From Macrostomum lignano (lineage: Eukaryota): a stretch of DNA of 64,000 bases. A model generated the notes under the pieces. That model saw nothing but the letters and a program-made list of their open reading frames with translations. It made no database searches and was not told the origin of the DNA. The stretch's first letter is position 1. Every line of letters begins with the position of its first letter. The stretch covers positions 124,001-188,000 of the forward strand of contig NIVC01000180.1 of assembly GCA_002269645.1 (NCBI GenBank), written 5' to 3'. The position numbers and the translations under genes were made by a program. Below are positions 1 to 11,151 of this stretch, piece by piece.

Positions 1-3000
1 AGATTCCCCGAGTCTGCCACTTCTATGAAAGCGCTAGGCAAGCTTGGCGACTGGTTTCGTGCTAAACGATCAGGCGACGATGTGTGCGGTGGATCAGGCG
101 CTGATGTGTGCGGTGGATCAGGCGCTGGTGGATGCGGTGGATCAGGCGCTGATGTGCGCGGTGGATCAGGCGCTGATGTGTTCGGTGGATCAGGCGCTGA
201 TGTGTGTGGTGGATCAGGCGCTGATGTGTGCGGTGGATCAGGCGCTAATGTGCGCGGTGGATCAGGCGCTGGTGTGTGTGGTGGATCAGGTGCTGATGTG
301 TGCGGTGGATCAGGCGCTTCGTCATCCTGTGTGTTGGGAACTTCAGCTTCTGGTTCCGGCTCACTGCAGGTAGTGGCCGATGAACCCCAGGAGTCACTGC
401 GAGACTCGGATTGATCATCCAGTTGGCCTAATCTCGAAGGTGGAATCAGAGCTGGGACCCTGAGTTCGAACCGGTCGGCGATATCTTGGTACGTTTGCTT
501 GCGGATACACCGCTTCATTCGGTCTACGTTGTAGATGTTATGACTCGGATTTGGTGTTTGGCAGATTGGATTGATGCGAGCGAATTCGGGAATGAGGCGG
601 TAGTTTCGCTCAGAAACCTTTTGAACTACTTTGTATGGCCCTAACCAGACGGCTGAGTCTAATCCCCGATGGTCGGGGTTGAGTACCCACACCAGTTCTC
701 CGATTTCGAAGTTGGAGTGAATGGTATTACGATCATAATTCCGCTTTTGCCTCTGTTGGGCCTTACCTCGCTCCATGCGGGCGATCGCCGATACCTCCAC
801 CAATAGTTTGTGCAGCTTGTGTGCATAACAGTCTGGATCATACCTGTCGTGCCTTGGCGGGTTGAACAGCAGGTCTAGAGGCAGCACAAGTTCCCGACCG
901 AAAAAGAGCCTGGCTGGGGTCCAGCCTGTGGATTCGGCCACAGTCGTCCGGATTGAAAGACCGGCCAAACGAGCTGCATAGACCCAATTGACTCTTTTTT
1001 CAAGGCAAATTGCACGAATCTGCGCTTTGATTGATTGTATGGTCCTTTCCGCTTTACCGTTTGATTGCGGCCTGTGTGCGGTGATACGTGCCATGTCTAT
1101 TTCAAGTAGTCTGGTGAGCTCCGCTACCGTTTTATTTATGAAGGCCGTGCCATTATCCGAAACAAGTTTCTCCATAGTGCCATATCGAACTATCCACTCG
1201 GTTAGTATAACTGTGGCGGTAGTTGCGGCCGAGACGTCTGGGACAGGCACGATCTCTACATACCCAGAAAAGTTATCTACTAGCACCAGCAAGTAACGGT
1301 TGCCCTCCTGCTCTGGGAAAGGCCCTGCGTGGTCAACGTGCACAATTTGATTTGGATAGCCTGATAAAATTGGTTCTAATGGTTCTTTATTCTTCCGTTT
1401 GTTCTTCTTAGTGCGGCAGCATACCTCGCATTCAGCAATGATTCCCTTCACGAATACTTCGAGGTTTGTGATTTGGAACCTTTGTTTTAAGGCCCGGACT
1501 GTTTTGTTGATTCCGCAGTGATTAATGTCTCTGTGATAGCAGGAAACTAGCTCATCAACATCTGCTGTCTCTGGTATGATTATGAGTCGCTGACTGACTT
1601 GGCCCTGCTTAGCGGGTTTGACGCGAGTCAGAAGGCCATTTACAACTTCGAGTTCGTCAAACATGGCCCAAAGCGTTCGAATTTCACGACTGCAGTCCTG
1701 GACTTCAACCTTAGTTAGTCTTGGAGATTTCCCTTCAACGGCCTCAATCAATCTCACGAGATCTGTGCTAGATTCTTGAGCTTCTCTAGCCCATAGATTC
1801 TCGGAGTTTTCTGACATCTCATCCTCAGATGTTTCTCCCTCCGGGTCCGGATCCTGGGCTGTCGAAGGCAAGCTAAGCGACCGATGGCTTCTGACCTCAT
1901 CCGACCCTTCATGGCTGGTCAAAATCTCGGAAGGATACTTCGGCTCTTGGTTTGATTGGTGGGGCTCCGTCTGGCAGCAAGCGTCTATTTGTGCTGTTCT
2001 CAGCTGCACAGCGGGCATGCTGTCTGTATCCTCATCCTCGTCCTGGCACCTTTGCTCCTCCAACTTCCTAAATTTGTCTTGGAAAGCAGGGATTTTGCTG
2101 CACGTTGGGCAGTCATGGTGATCTGACCTAAACCTGGGGTTGCGGCTGAGCATATCCGCGTTAACATGATCACGGCCAGGACGATGCTCCACTGAGAAGT
2201 CATACTCCGCAAGTCGTTCCAGTGGTGTCTGACATACCTTAAAGTTGTAGACGTCAATGGTTGCCAGCCACTGAGCTAGCATGCCCGTGCTATGTTTTTT
2301 GGTGTGCAGCCACTGCAAGGCTGCTGCATCGGAACGCACCAGAAAACTGCGGTCCAAGAGGTACGTTCTGAAGTGTTCTAACATAATGACCAAGCCAAGT
2401 AGTTCGCGCATAGTAGCACAATAGTTCCGCTGGGAGTGCGTGAATTTCTTGGACGCGTACGCCACAACGTGCTCTTGTCCATCTGGGCCTTCTTGTGACA
2501 ATACTCCGCCAACTCCTTCGAGCGAGGAGTCACAGTCCAAGATGAAGGGCCCAGCTGACGGCTTGAGGTCAGGATATGCTAGAACTGGAGGAGCACATAA
2601 ATTGGCCTTCAACTCTTCAAATGCTCTGTCGTGATGTTCGAGCCAGCAGAATTTTGATGACCCTTTGGCCAACGAATACAGAGGAGATGCGATTACAGAA
2701 AATCGAGCTACAAATTTCCTGTAGTAATTCGCGAATCCAAGAAAAGCTAGTAATTGCCTCTTGTCTGTTGGCTTGCACCAGTTTCTAACAGCGTCGATCT
2801 TAGTCGGATCTGCTTCTATGCCCTGGGAGGAGACGACGAATCCTAAGAAACGAACTCGATCCTTAAAAAGTTCACATTTCGATGGCTTGATTTTTAGATT
2901 GGCCTTTTTAAGTTGCCAAAGGACAAGGGCCAGGTGGACGATCATTTCGTCATTGTCTCTGGCTTTTATAATGATGTCGTCCAAGTAGATGAGGCTGACG

Positions 3001-4183
3001 CGCATTAATAAAGGTCGGAAAACTTTGTGCATCAACTTGGCAAAGTTCGCTGGGGCTGTTTTTATCCCGAATGGGACAACTTTCCAGCGATAGGTCCCCT
3101 GGGGACATGTGAAGGCCGTGAGATCACGGTCCTGTTCTCGGATACCTACCTGCCAGTAGGCAGATGTAAGATCTAAACTTGAGAATACCTTTGACCCCGC
3201 TAAGCTATCAAAGGACTCCTCTATTAGAGGCAGCGGAAAGGTGCACGGTTTTATGACTTTGTTGACACTACGGTAATCAATGCAAAGGCGCTGCGAGCCG
3301 TCTTTTTTCCTAACTAAGACTATGGGAGAAGCCCATTCTGAGTTGCTTTCTTCGATTACTCCTTGTTCAATTAGCTGGTTTATGTGCCGATCTAAAAATT
3401 CTTTTTGCGCTGGTGTTGTGCGTCTTGAGGGTTGCGAGATGGGTCGGCAGGTTGGTTCGTTGAGCTCAATAGCCATCTCGTGAAGGTGTGTTTTCCCTAA
3501 ATCCGTGTCACTTTTAGATATCGCACTGAGGAAATAGTTTAACAGTTTTAATGTTATTGTCAACTGGGTTTCTGACAGGGTGGACTCTTCTAGTTTGAAC
3601 TGCTTCTTTAGCCAAGATGCTGTGCCAAGATCAGGGTCAGGAAGTTTAGCAAGCTTGGTTCCCAGATCTTTGGAACTGCTAACTGAGAAGTCCTTCTCGG
3701 TGAGAGCAGTGTGCGAGATGGTCTCACCAACTCTTAAGCTTTGAAAGGAGGCGATCTCCTGTCCCGCAGCAATTTCGGACGGCTGGTTGCCACTATTCAA
3801 TAGGCGTACCAGGACATGACCAGTGCTGCTCACACTATCCACAGAATGAGCCACAAAGAATTCCGAGTCAGAACAAAAGAGCTTGGTGCCCAGGAATCCA
3901 GGAGAGCCAGGATCTGCACCAATGACTCGGCTTGGCACCATGGTCTCTGATCTGGGGGGTAACTGCACGTTGCAAGCTGCAGTGACTCTGCGAGCTTGAA
4001 AGACTCCCCGATCGCCTTCAATCACAGGTACCACTTCGCCCGCTACAGTTACCTGACCATCTGCAACAAGCAGGTTCACGTTAAAACCTCTCATAAAGTC
4101 TATTCCTAAGAGGACGTCTGTAACTTGACCTTCTGTGACTAGGAACACGTGAGTCTGTGATATTTTGCCCAGCTTGACTTCAC
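1..4183 (-). CDS. pol: Pol: protease C-terminus, RT, RNase H, integrase with GPY/F; open to the window edge
   Basis: One frame contains LLGIDF (PR end), WASPIVLVRKKDG and YLDD (Y at 2985-2987), FILDCDSSLEGVGGVLSQ (RNase H, ~2500-2546), H-H-C-C zinc finger (~1420-1535), VHVDHAGPF (IN core, ~1332) and WLGPYKV (~630-645). No stop was seen in spot checks, and the ORF track lists no terminated ORF in this frame. Confidence 0.9.
70..320. repeat. 24-nt tandem repeat inside the integrase C-terminal tail
   Basis: About 10 copies of GGTGGATCAGGCGCTGATGTGTGC, encoding roughly PPHTSAPD in the Pol frame. Confidence 0.9.
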
Positions 4184-4462
4184 CCTGATTGCAGCGCATG
4201 GGCATTTTGGCGGACGGCGTCCGGCGCGGATCTAATACGGCGCGGCGCGGCGCGTACGGCGCGCGGCGATTAGTACGGCGCGGCGCGGTACTAATTAGAT
4301 GCCGAGGCATTTAGGCTTGATAAGACAGTCATAGTTACTCCTGCCGTTTACCCAAAACTGCGTTAATTTTGCTTTAGGGTTTCTTTCACAGGTAAGTCAT
4401 TTCACAGCGTGGCGCAGGTTGTGCAGGCGTCTGGCGTACTTAAGCCATGCGCTGCAATAGGG
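4184..4462. mobile_element. MITE (279 bp) inserted in the retrotransposon protease
   Basis: 18-bp TIRs CCTGATTGCAGCGCATGG / CCATGCGCTGCAATAGGG, with an 8-bp TSD GACTTCAC at 4176-4183 and 4463-4470. Removal restores in-frame LHCEVKLGK. Confidence 0.9.
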
Positions 4463-6073
4463 GACTTCACAGTGTAGGGTGCCTAGAATCTGTGTCGAGG
4501 TACCATTAAATGCTGTTGCAGCTTGGTATTTTCTAGCAGGAATAAATGTATTGTTGATTGGATCGTTTGCAATCAGTTGGTCTCTGACTTTGGTGCCCAT
4601 GACGCTTGCATTGCAACCTGAATCAAGGCAAGCGATGACCTTGTTGTCTCCAATTCCCAACTGCACAAACATACTAGACTCGACTGGAGTATCGGCCGCC
4701 CAGGATTGGTCACATCGGACAGGCATTTGGTAGCGACAGACCCCTACTGCTCTATCATGTTTGTGACCAGGATCTGCTCGGCGTAAGAATTGCACAGTTG
4801 TGCCTACTAACTGATGGCTGTTTGCAACCTGTTTTAACTCGTTGTCAAGGCTGGAATAATGGCAAAAGAGGGAGTCTGGCATCTGACTTGGCTGGATAAA
4901 GCCAAATCCACCTTTCCAAACCGTTATGGTTCCTATTTCCATCATTGGGGCCATACCAGTTGGTCTTCCACCTGCCCCTACCCCATTGGAGGGCGGTGGT
5001 TTCGGGCAGTCCGCAGTTAAATGGTCATGGTCGCTGCACCGATTGCATCGCTTAGGGGATTTAGACCAACGACTACTGTTCTTGTACTGGCCAGATTGTC
5101 CCAGATTGACAGGCGGCACTTGTGAAGGAAAGTTCTGAAAATCTTTTGAATTATGATCTGAAGACTGAGTGGTCTGATTCTGTTGAACTAGTTTTTCAAG
5201 CTCGCGGATTCGGGCTTCTAATTCTGCTGTTCTGTCAGGGGCGGCAGCTCTGATGACTGGAGTTACTTCACTAGATAAGAGCTTCTTGACACCGGCAATT
5301 TCCCTGGCCTTTTTTGCTAAATCTTCAGCAGACCATGTTGGGTTTTCTTGACCCAGGAGGATCAGTCTTTCAGCAAGACCCTTATCTCTCAGACCATAGC
5401 AAAACCGAGCTCGCACCAAGGGTTCGGCGGTAGGTTTTTTAAGATTAGCAGACTTTGATAGTCTTGTTAGTCTGTCAAAGAACTCCTGTGTTGTTTCCGA
5501 GTTTAACTGTTCGGCAACCGCAAGCTCTAAGTAGCTTTTGTGTTCTGTTCCCGAATCTGTGAATCGATCTTTCAGACTTTTTAGTGCAGTTTGAATGGAC
5601 TCGCGGTGCAGAGAGTTGTTAAAAATGAATTATTGGCACTCAGGTGCGAGCATTGACAATAGGACAGCTGGTTGCTGAGGTGTTGGGACATGATGAGCTT
5701 CAACATAAGTCAGAAACTGTGTCTCCCATAGTTCGAAATTCATTTGGGGTTGAAAGGGTGGTGGTGGTCGTAGCTTTGGGCTCGAGTTTGAAAGTTTCTC
5801 AGCTGCTGCGGAAGCCTCTCTGTCACAAGTTTTCTCTAGGATCATTGTTAGAGTCTGGAGGACCTTATTTAAGTCTGACTGCTCTGCCATACCATGTGGT
5901 GGTTTCGCATCCCTACTTGTGTCTCCAACCTGTGCAGCCTGTTGGCTTGAGGCACCAGCTTCAGGTGGCGTTGATGTGCTACTCTCTGTCTGCAACTGTA
6001 AAACCTGCTGGCCCTGGCCAGCAGCCCCATTGGGCGACAAGGCCTCATCACTTTCTTCGTTAGAAGAGGACAT
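4463..6073 (-). pseudogene. gag: Gag (capsid region, CCHC knuckle, cold-shock-like domain) plus N-terminal protease; in-frame TAA at 5630-5632
   Basis: ORFs 5630-6073 and 4397-5419 are in the same frame, 71 codons apart, separated by one TAA. CNRCSDHDHLTADC (CX2CX4HX4C) at 5006-5047; protease LDSG at about 4616-4627. Confidence 0.85.
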
Positions 6074-6693
6074 TAGGAGACGAGATATGACAGATATTGC
6101 TTTGCCAGAGAGTGGCGAGAGGAAAGGCCAGATAATAAAAACACGAAAGAAGTCTGGCAGAGTTAAAGAGCCTCACTACAATTCCTAGAAAAATTAGACT
6201 AACCCAGAAAATATTATACTGGCTCTGCCAGACAGGCCCTATGTTCCTATGCAGAGTTGAATACTAAGAAAACTCCCTCACCTAGCTGGTCTCCTGCCAC
6301 TGCCACGTGATTCGGTGTAGTCCTGGGTTGCCGCCGGCGTTGGCTTGGCCTCCCGGCTTAAGCTCAATTTGTTGTTGGTCAGTTGGTCTCTTGGCGCTTG
6401 TACTTGTAGTGCAGTCTCGATTGGCTGACTCTGACTGGCGTTGATTCTGACAGGGGTATCGTTGCGCGCAACCCCAAAGGACGAAAACTTGCAGGCAGTC
6501 GGGCAGGTAGCTTCTGGTTGGCCAGCTAAGGGGTGACTCGCGGTCACGTGATGGCGGGGGTTTGTCTCGCTCTCGCTGTTGGATGCAGGAACACTTGCCA
6601 CTTGGTTTTAGAGTACCTGTGCACTGCTGCAGATACTTGATGGCATATAGCCGTATGTGAGCTGAATCCGAGCTGATGCGAGTTCGACGAATT

Positions 6694-6708
6694 CGGTGGG
6701 ACCCTCCA
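6694..6708 (-). promoter_or_regulatory. Primer-binding site, tRNA-Gln type
   Basis: Minus strand TGGAGGGTCCCACCG directly after the LTR. The plus strand reads CGGTGGGACCCTCCA, matching the remembered tRNA-Gln 3' end (CGGTGGGACCT-CCA) with one extra C. Confidence 0.75.
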
Positions 6709-6714
6709 AATTTA

Positions 6715-7166
6715 TGTGACGAGTTTATTTAGTTCGAGAACATGGGACTGATGCGCGTGCGCGTGCTGAGTCTGAGTGTTGATCTTGTCCTAGGCCAATA
6801 TACGTATTATTAATTTAACAACTCAATTGCTAGTCTGAATAATGGTGAGTAGGTCAGAAGCAGTATGGCAATGCCAACTATTACCAAAGGGTAACCTGAG
6901 ACGATAATATAATGTTAATGCCACCCAGCCTACGGGAACTAAGACCAACACACAGAGCGCAGGACTCTACACAAAAACTATCAAGAAGCAAAATTTGAAT
7001 AACTGCACTAATTGAAAATAGAAAAACAAAATTAAACCAAATGAGGAAAGTAACTAAAAAATAAGTTACAAACATTAGACCAAAATAGATATAGTTTTAA
7101 ATATTAATTGCAAAAAAACATAAATACGAAATTGAACATTTTCAATACAGAAGCGACGACGTTACA
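6715..7166 (-). repeat. 5' LTR (putative, ~452 bp)
   Basis: On the minus strand it starts TGTAACG (7166) and ends CGTCACA (6715), a 6/7 terminal inverted match. AATAAA lies at 6724-6729 (minus) and the PBS follows 6 nt later. The outer boundary cannot be confirmed without the 3' LTR. Confidence 0.6.
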
Positions 7167-8561
7167 GTATCTTGGAATGGCGTCGCGGATGATTGAGTTT
7201 GAGAGTGAGATGTATACTTATTCTGAAAGATTCAGAACAGAACTCTTATATCTAAAGCTGAATAGATCGATCGACCGGTAGACCGGGTTTAACGCGTATC
7301 TCCTCATAGACGGCTGCCAACTCAAATGCAAAACTTATATATATATATTTACTTTATATAATAACATTATGCCTAACATCATATCTCAATAGCATATCAA
7401 CATCTTACATCATGCTTGCTTTAATGCATATCATTTTTAAAAATAAATGTTGAGATTTTAAATTCAATGTCTTGTCGTCTTCAGGCATAAAGTTTTTAAA
7501 ATTTTCTGGCCTTACTACTGTATAGATTTTTTGGCATAAGCTTTTGTTCTATTCTTCTGTAACACTTCTTCTAACACTTCTATCAAAAAGTTCTGCAAGT
7601 GACCTCACAACTCAGTGTTGTGAGGTTAAGTAGGGGCCTAAACATAACTTAGGCCTATCCAACAATGTGTGACCATCTGGGGCTAGGTTTTTTTAGCAAA
7701 CATTAAGCATTAAATATTTCAATACTAGATATTGATATTTTGCTACAAGATAGTTCAATATAATTATGAGTATAAAGTTAGGCCCTAATTGCTATTGTCT
7801 TTATAGCATATCACACAAGAAAATTTTTTTGAAATTTTAAAGTTTTTGATTTTTCACAATTTTATATTTATATTTTCATTTGATAATTTAGGCCCTATTT
7901 TGACTTCAAATTTGTGTAAATAGCAACATATCAGAATTCTTATCTATAATAAAACACACTAACAAATGTATATCTCAGAATAATATATAGGCCTAATATA
8001 AGACTAACATGGTATAGGTCTAGTCTATTTTTTGAGCCCAAGAGAAAATATGGTTGACATGGCTTTGACATAGCATTAGTCTATGGTCTAAACTAGTCAT
8101 TAAGTGTAAAGGCACCTAGGCACATTTCAAATAAAATGAAAGTTTTGTAACATGCAATCATACATGGCATAAGCAATGCTCTATTCAATGCCTAGGCTAT
8201 ATTGAAGAGTTTTTAAATTCAAAATAATTTATTCAACAAAAGTGTGGGATTGCCAATTTATTTATTTATTTTTTTGATATTTTAGAACTTTGTGACATAA
8301 TCATTTTGATACTTCATTTGTAAAATTTGGTCAAATAATAATAAGTTATAATGTTTTTAAAGTCATTTTTTAAATACTTGTTTGCTTTATAATGTATTTT
8401 TCTTATAAGGCCCATTTTTTCTCATTATAACAAAAAATTGTTGACTATTCTAGAGTCATTGCAGAATTGCAAACAATAAAATGTCTTAAATTGACTCAAA
8501 TGACTTTTTGGCAACTTGTACATCTCATTGTTTTAAAGTCACTACTTTCTTACTTTCACCT

Positions 8562-8730
8562 ATGCTACCTACAATAACTTTGAGATGATAACTCAGGCGG
8601 TACAAGTGACAAAAATTCTGTTAGCAGCTAAACATTCTTTCTTACTTTTACCTATACTACCTGCAATAACTTTGAGATGATAACTCTGAGGCAGTACAAG
8701 TGACAAGAATTGTGTTAGTAGATAAACATC
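8562..8730. repeat. Diverged tandem duplication (~92 nt x2)
   Basis: CCTAT(G/A)CTACCT..AATAACTTTGAGATGATAACTC..GTACAAGTGACAA occurs twice in AT-rich DNA. Confidence 0.7.
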
Positions 8731-9093
8731 TCAGACTTTCATTTCTGATGCTAACTTGAAGTACAATCAGAAGACAGTCTATTGGGGTGCCCTGTTGGAA
8801 TAAGTCTATCAAGGCACATATGTAATAGGTGTGCAAGTACTGCATGGCACATAGTGGGTATTGGCCTTAAAAATTAAAGGCAATATAAGAACAAAGAAAT
8901 TTTTGCAAAAAAACTGAGAAATACCATCAAAAGCAAAGACAACATGGACTGTAAAAATAGAACAGTAAATAATTTAAAGAATATAAGTTTAACATCTAAT
9001 AACATTTCATTGATTTTCTGTCATTTACAGTTTCACATACCATCTCAGTCATAAAATATTTAAAACAAACAAGTGGCAGGAGCAGTCAGAAAT

Positions 9094-10158
9094 ATGTCGG
9101 ACAGCCATGAAGAGAAGCCGTCCCAGCAGCAGCCCCCAGTTGGCAGCCCCTGCAGCGCCACAGATCGGCAGTTCTCGCTGCCCAGCCCCATTGTCACCAG
9201 GCGCAGCAGGACCCTGTCTCAGAGTGAACAAGCCCGACGGGGCCCGACTTTTCGCGGTGTAGTTCGCGAATTCTGCAGGAATAAGGTGGGTTAATTCTTG
9301 TGGCCCAATCTGACCCAATTTACAGTTCAAAGACGTTGGCCTAGAGAATTATCCCCAGACATTGTCCTTAAGAATCGCCACCAGACATTGATTGTCCTTA
9401 AGAATCGCCACCAGACATTGTCCTCAAGAATTACCCCCAGACATTGTCCTCAAGAATCATCCCCAGACATTGTCCTTAAGAATCGCCACCAGACATTGTC
9501 CTCAAGAATTACCCCCAGACATTGTCCTCAAGAATCATCCCCAGACATTGTCCTTAAGAATCGCCACCAGACATTGTCCTCAAGAATTACCCCCAGACAT
9601 TGTCCTCAAGAATCATCCCCAGACATTGTCCTTAAGAATCGCCACCAGACATTGTCCTCAAGAATCGCCACCAGACATTGTCCTCAAGAATCCCCCCTAG
9701 ATATTGTCCTCAAGAATCGCCACCAGACATTGTCCTCAAGAATCGCCACCAGATGTTGTCCTCAAGAGTCGCCACCAGACATTGTCCTCAAGAATCCCCC
9801 CTAGACATTGTCCTCAAGAATCGCCACCAGATGTTGTCCTCAAAAGTCGCCACCAGACATTGTCCTTAAGAATCCCCCCTAGACATTGCCCTAAATAGCA
9901 ACTCTGCAGTGGCGCCCCCCTCGCGCACTGCAGGGCCACGGGTTCATCGTGCCATCCGAGGGCGACAGCAAGACCGCCCTATTCGTGCACATCTCCGACA
10001 TCGAGGAGGAATTCGTGCCGATGCCCGGAGACGAAGTTGAGTACAAGATGATTTTGGTGCCGCCGAAGAACGAGAAATACCAGGCGGTTCACGTGCGCAT
10101 TGTTCACCTGGCGCCCAATGTGAAGCATCACAAATGGTCTGAGCCCGAGGAGCGCTGA
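9094..10158 (+). CDS. CARHSP1: Calcium-regulated heat-stable protein 1 / CSDC2-like cold-shock domain protein (138 aa); exons 9094-9285, 9934-10158
   Basis: PSPIVTRRSRTLS (RxRxxS motif), FCRNK|GHGFI, LFVHISDIEEEFVP, GDEVEYK, PPKNEKYQAV and HLAPNVKHHKW match the family. GT-AG intron, phase 0. Confidence 0.92.
9340..9893. repeat. 26-nt intronic minisatellite with 78-nt higher-order unit
   Basis: CCAGACATTGTCCT(C/T)AAGAAT followed by cycling CGCCA/TACCC/CATCC variants. Confidence 0.9.
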
Positions 10159-11151
10159 GATCTTGGCCCGTGTTGATGCTGTAAACCTGTCCTCATCTCA
10201 ACTCTGCTTAGCGCTGCACCGTGATTCAATGTTATGCTTGACAGTGCTTAGAAGGCCAGGCTAATTTTCTTCTGAGGGATTGACATTTGTCAGTTGGAAT
10301 CCCTTCTCTCTCCCATATTTGCAGTGTGTTCTATACTTTATGTTATGTTATTAAAGCATTGTCTCCTGCCTTGTTAACTTGTCAATTAATATTCTCAACT
10401 TTTGGCTTGAAAATAGTTTTACAATTAAAATATCGAAAATAGTAATTTCATTCCAATAATTGTAGCATTGCAATATAAACCTGACCCTTGTTAAGCGCTC
10501 TGCCGTTTTATCAAACAGAGCCAGATGTACTTTTTATTTCAAAATGTATTGATAATCTACACCACTAATTACTTAACAATGGACTGGATTGCTAATCTAT
10601 TTCAAACTACAAATAACTACAAAAAACCACCAAGTGCCCCATCTGACACAAATACAAGATGTTTACTATGCTACTGAAAACTGTTGTTAGTAGTTAGGCG
10701 AGCTTGTGCGCTGAATAATTTTTTGTTGTAATTTTTGTATTAAGCTGTAATAAATTAATGTCAATAGTTGTCATACAAGTTCCTCTCATTTTCCTGTCCT
10801 TGATGCAGTTTTGCTATAAATAAGGAATTTTCACCCCTGCAGTGTGTTCCGTATTTGAATTTCATTCTTACATGACCTCCCACCCGATCAACTCCCGAAC
10901 CCAACCGAGTGTTACAATTGACATTATCTCTCTCTATCTTCTAAAAGCAATGCTTTGCCTGTAAATTCAACATCGATATACTGTGCAGCCTCTCCTGATG
11001 ACAAGAGAAGCTAAAATATGCGTTGGCGCAGTTCAGCACTTCAGGTTGCGGAGGCCGGATTGTGTTGTTGACTTCGTCTGATATTCAATTCTGACAAAAT
11101 ATTGTCTGCCTAAATGGCTGTTATTTTTTCGTTTTTTACCTAATTAGCTAG

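Larger units (their letters stand above)
1..7166 (-). mobile_element. Ty3/Gypsy LTR retrotransposon (5' LTR, PBS, gag-pol; 3' end outside window)
   Basis: Minus-strand domain order Gag(CCHC)-PR-RT-RNaseH-IN is diagnostic of Ty3/Gypsy. A PBS and an LTR with TG...CA ends lie upstream. Confidence 0.95.

Noticed and set aside
5630-5632. Programmed readthrough at the gag TAA
   Set aside because: It lies inside the capsid region rather than at the gag/pol boundary; a nonsense mutation is simpler.
5644-6063. Antisense ORF opposite gag
   Set aside because: Shadow of the gag frame; no recognisable motif.
7270-8870. AT-rich block ending GGCC-TTAA, possible DNA transposon
   Set aside because: No matching inverted terminus or TSD could be found.
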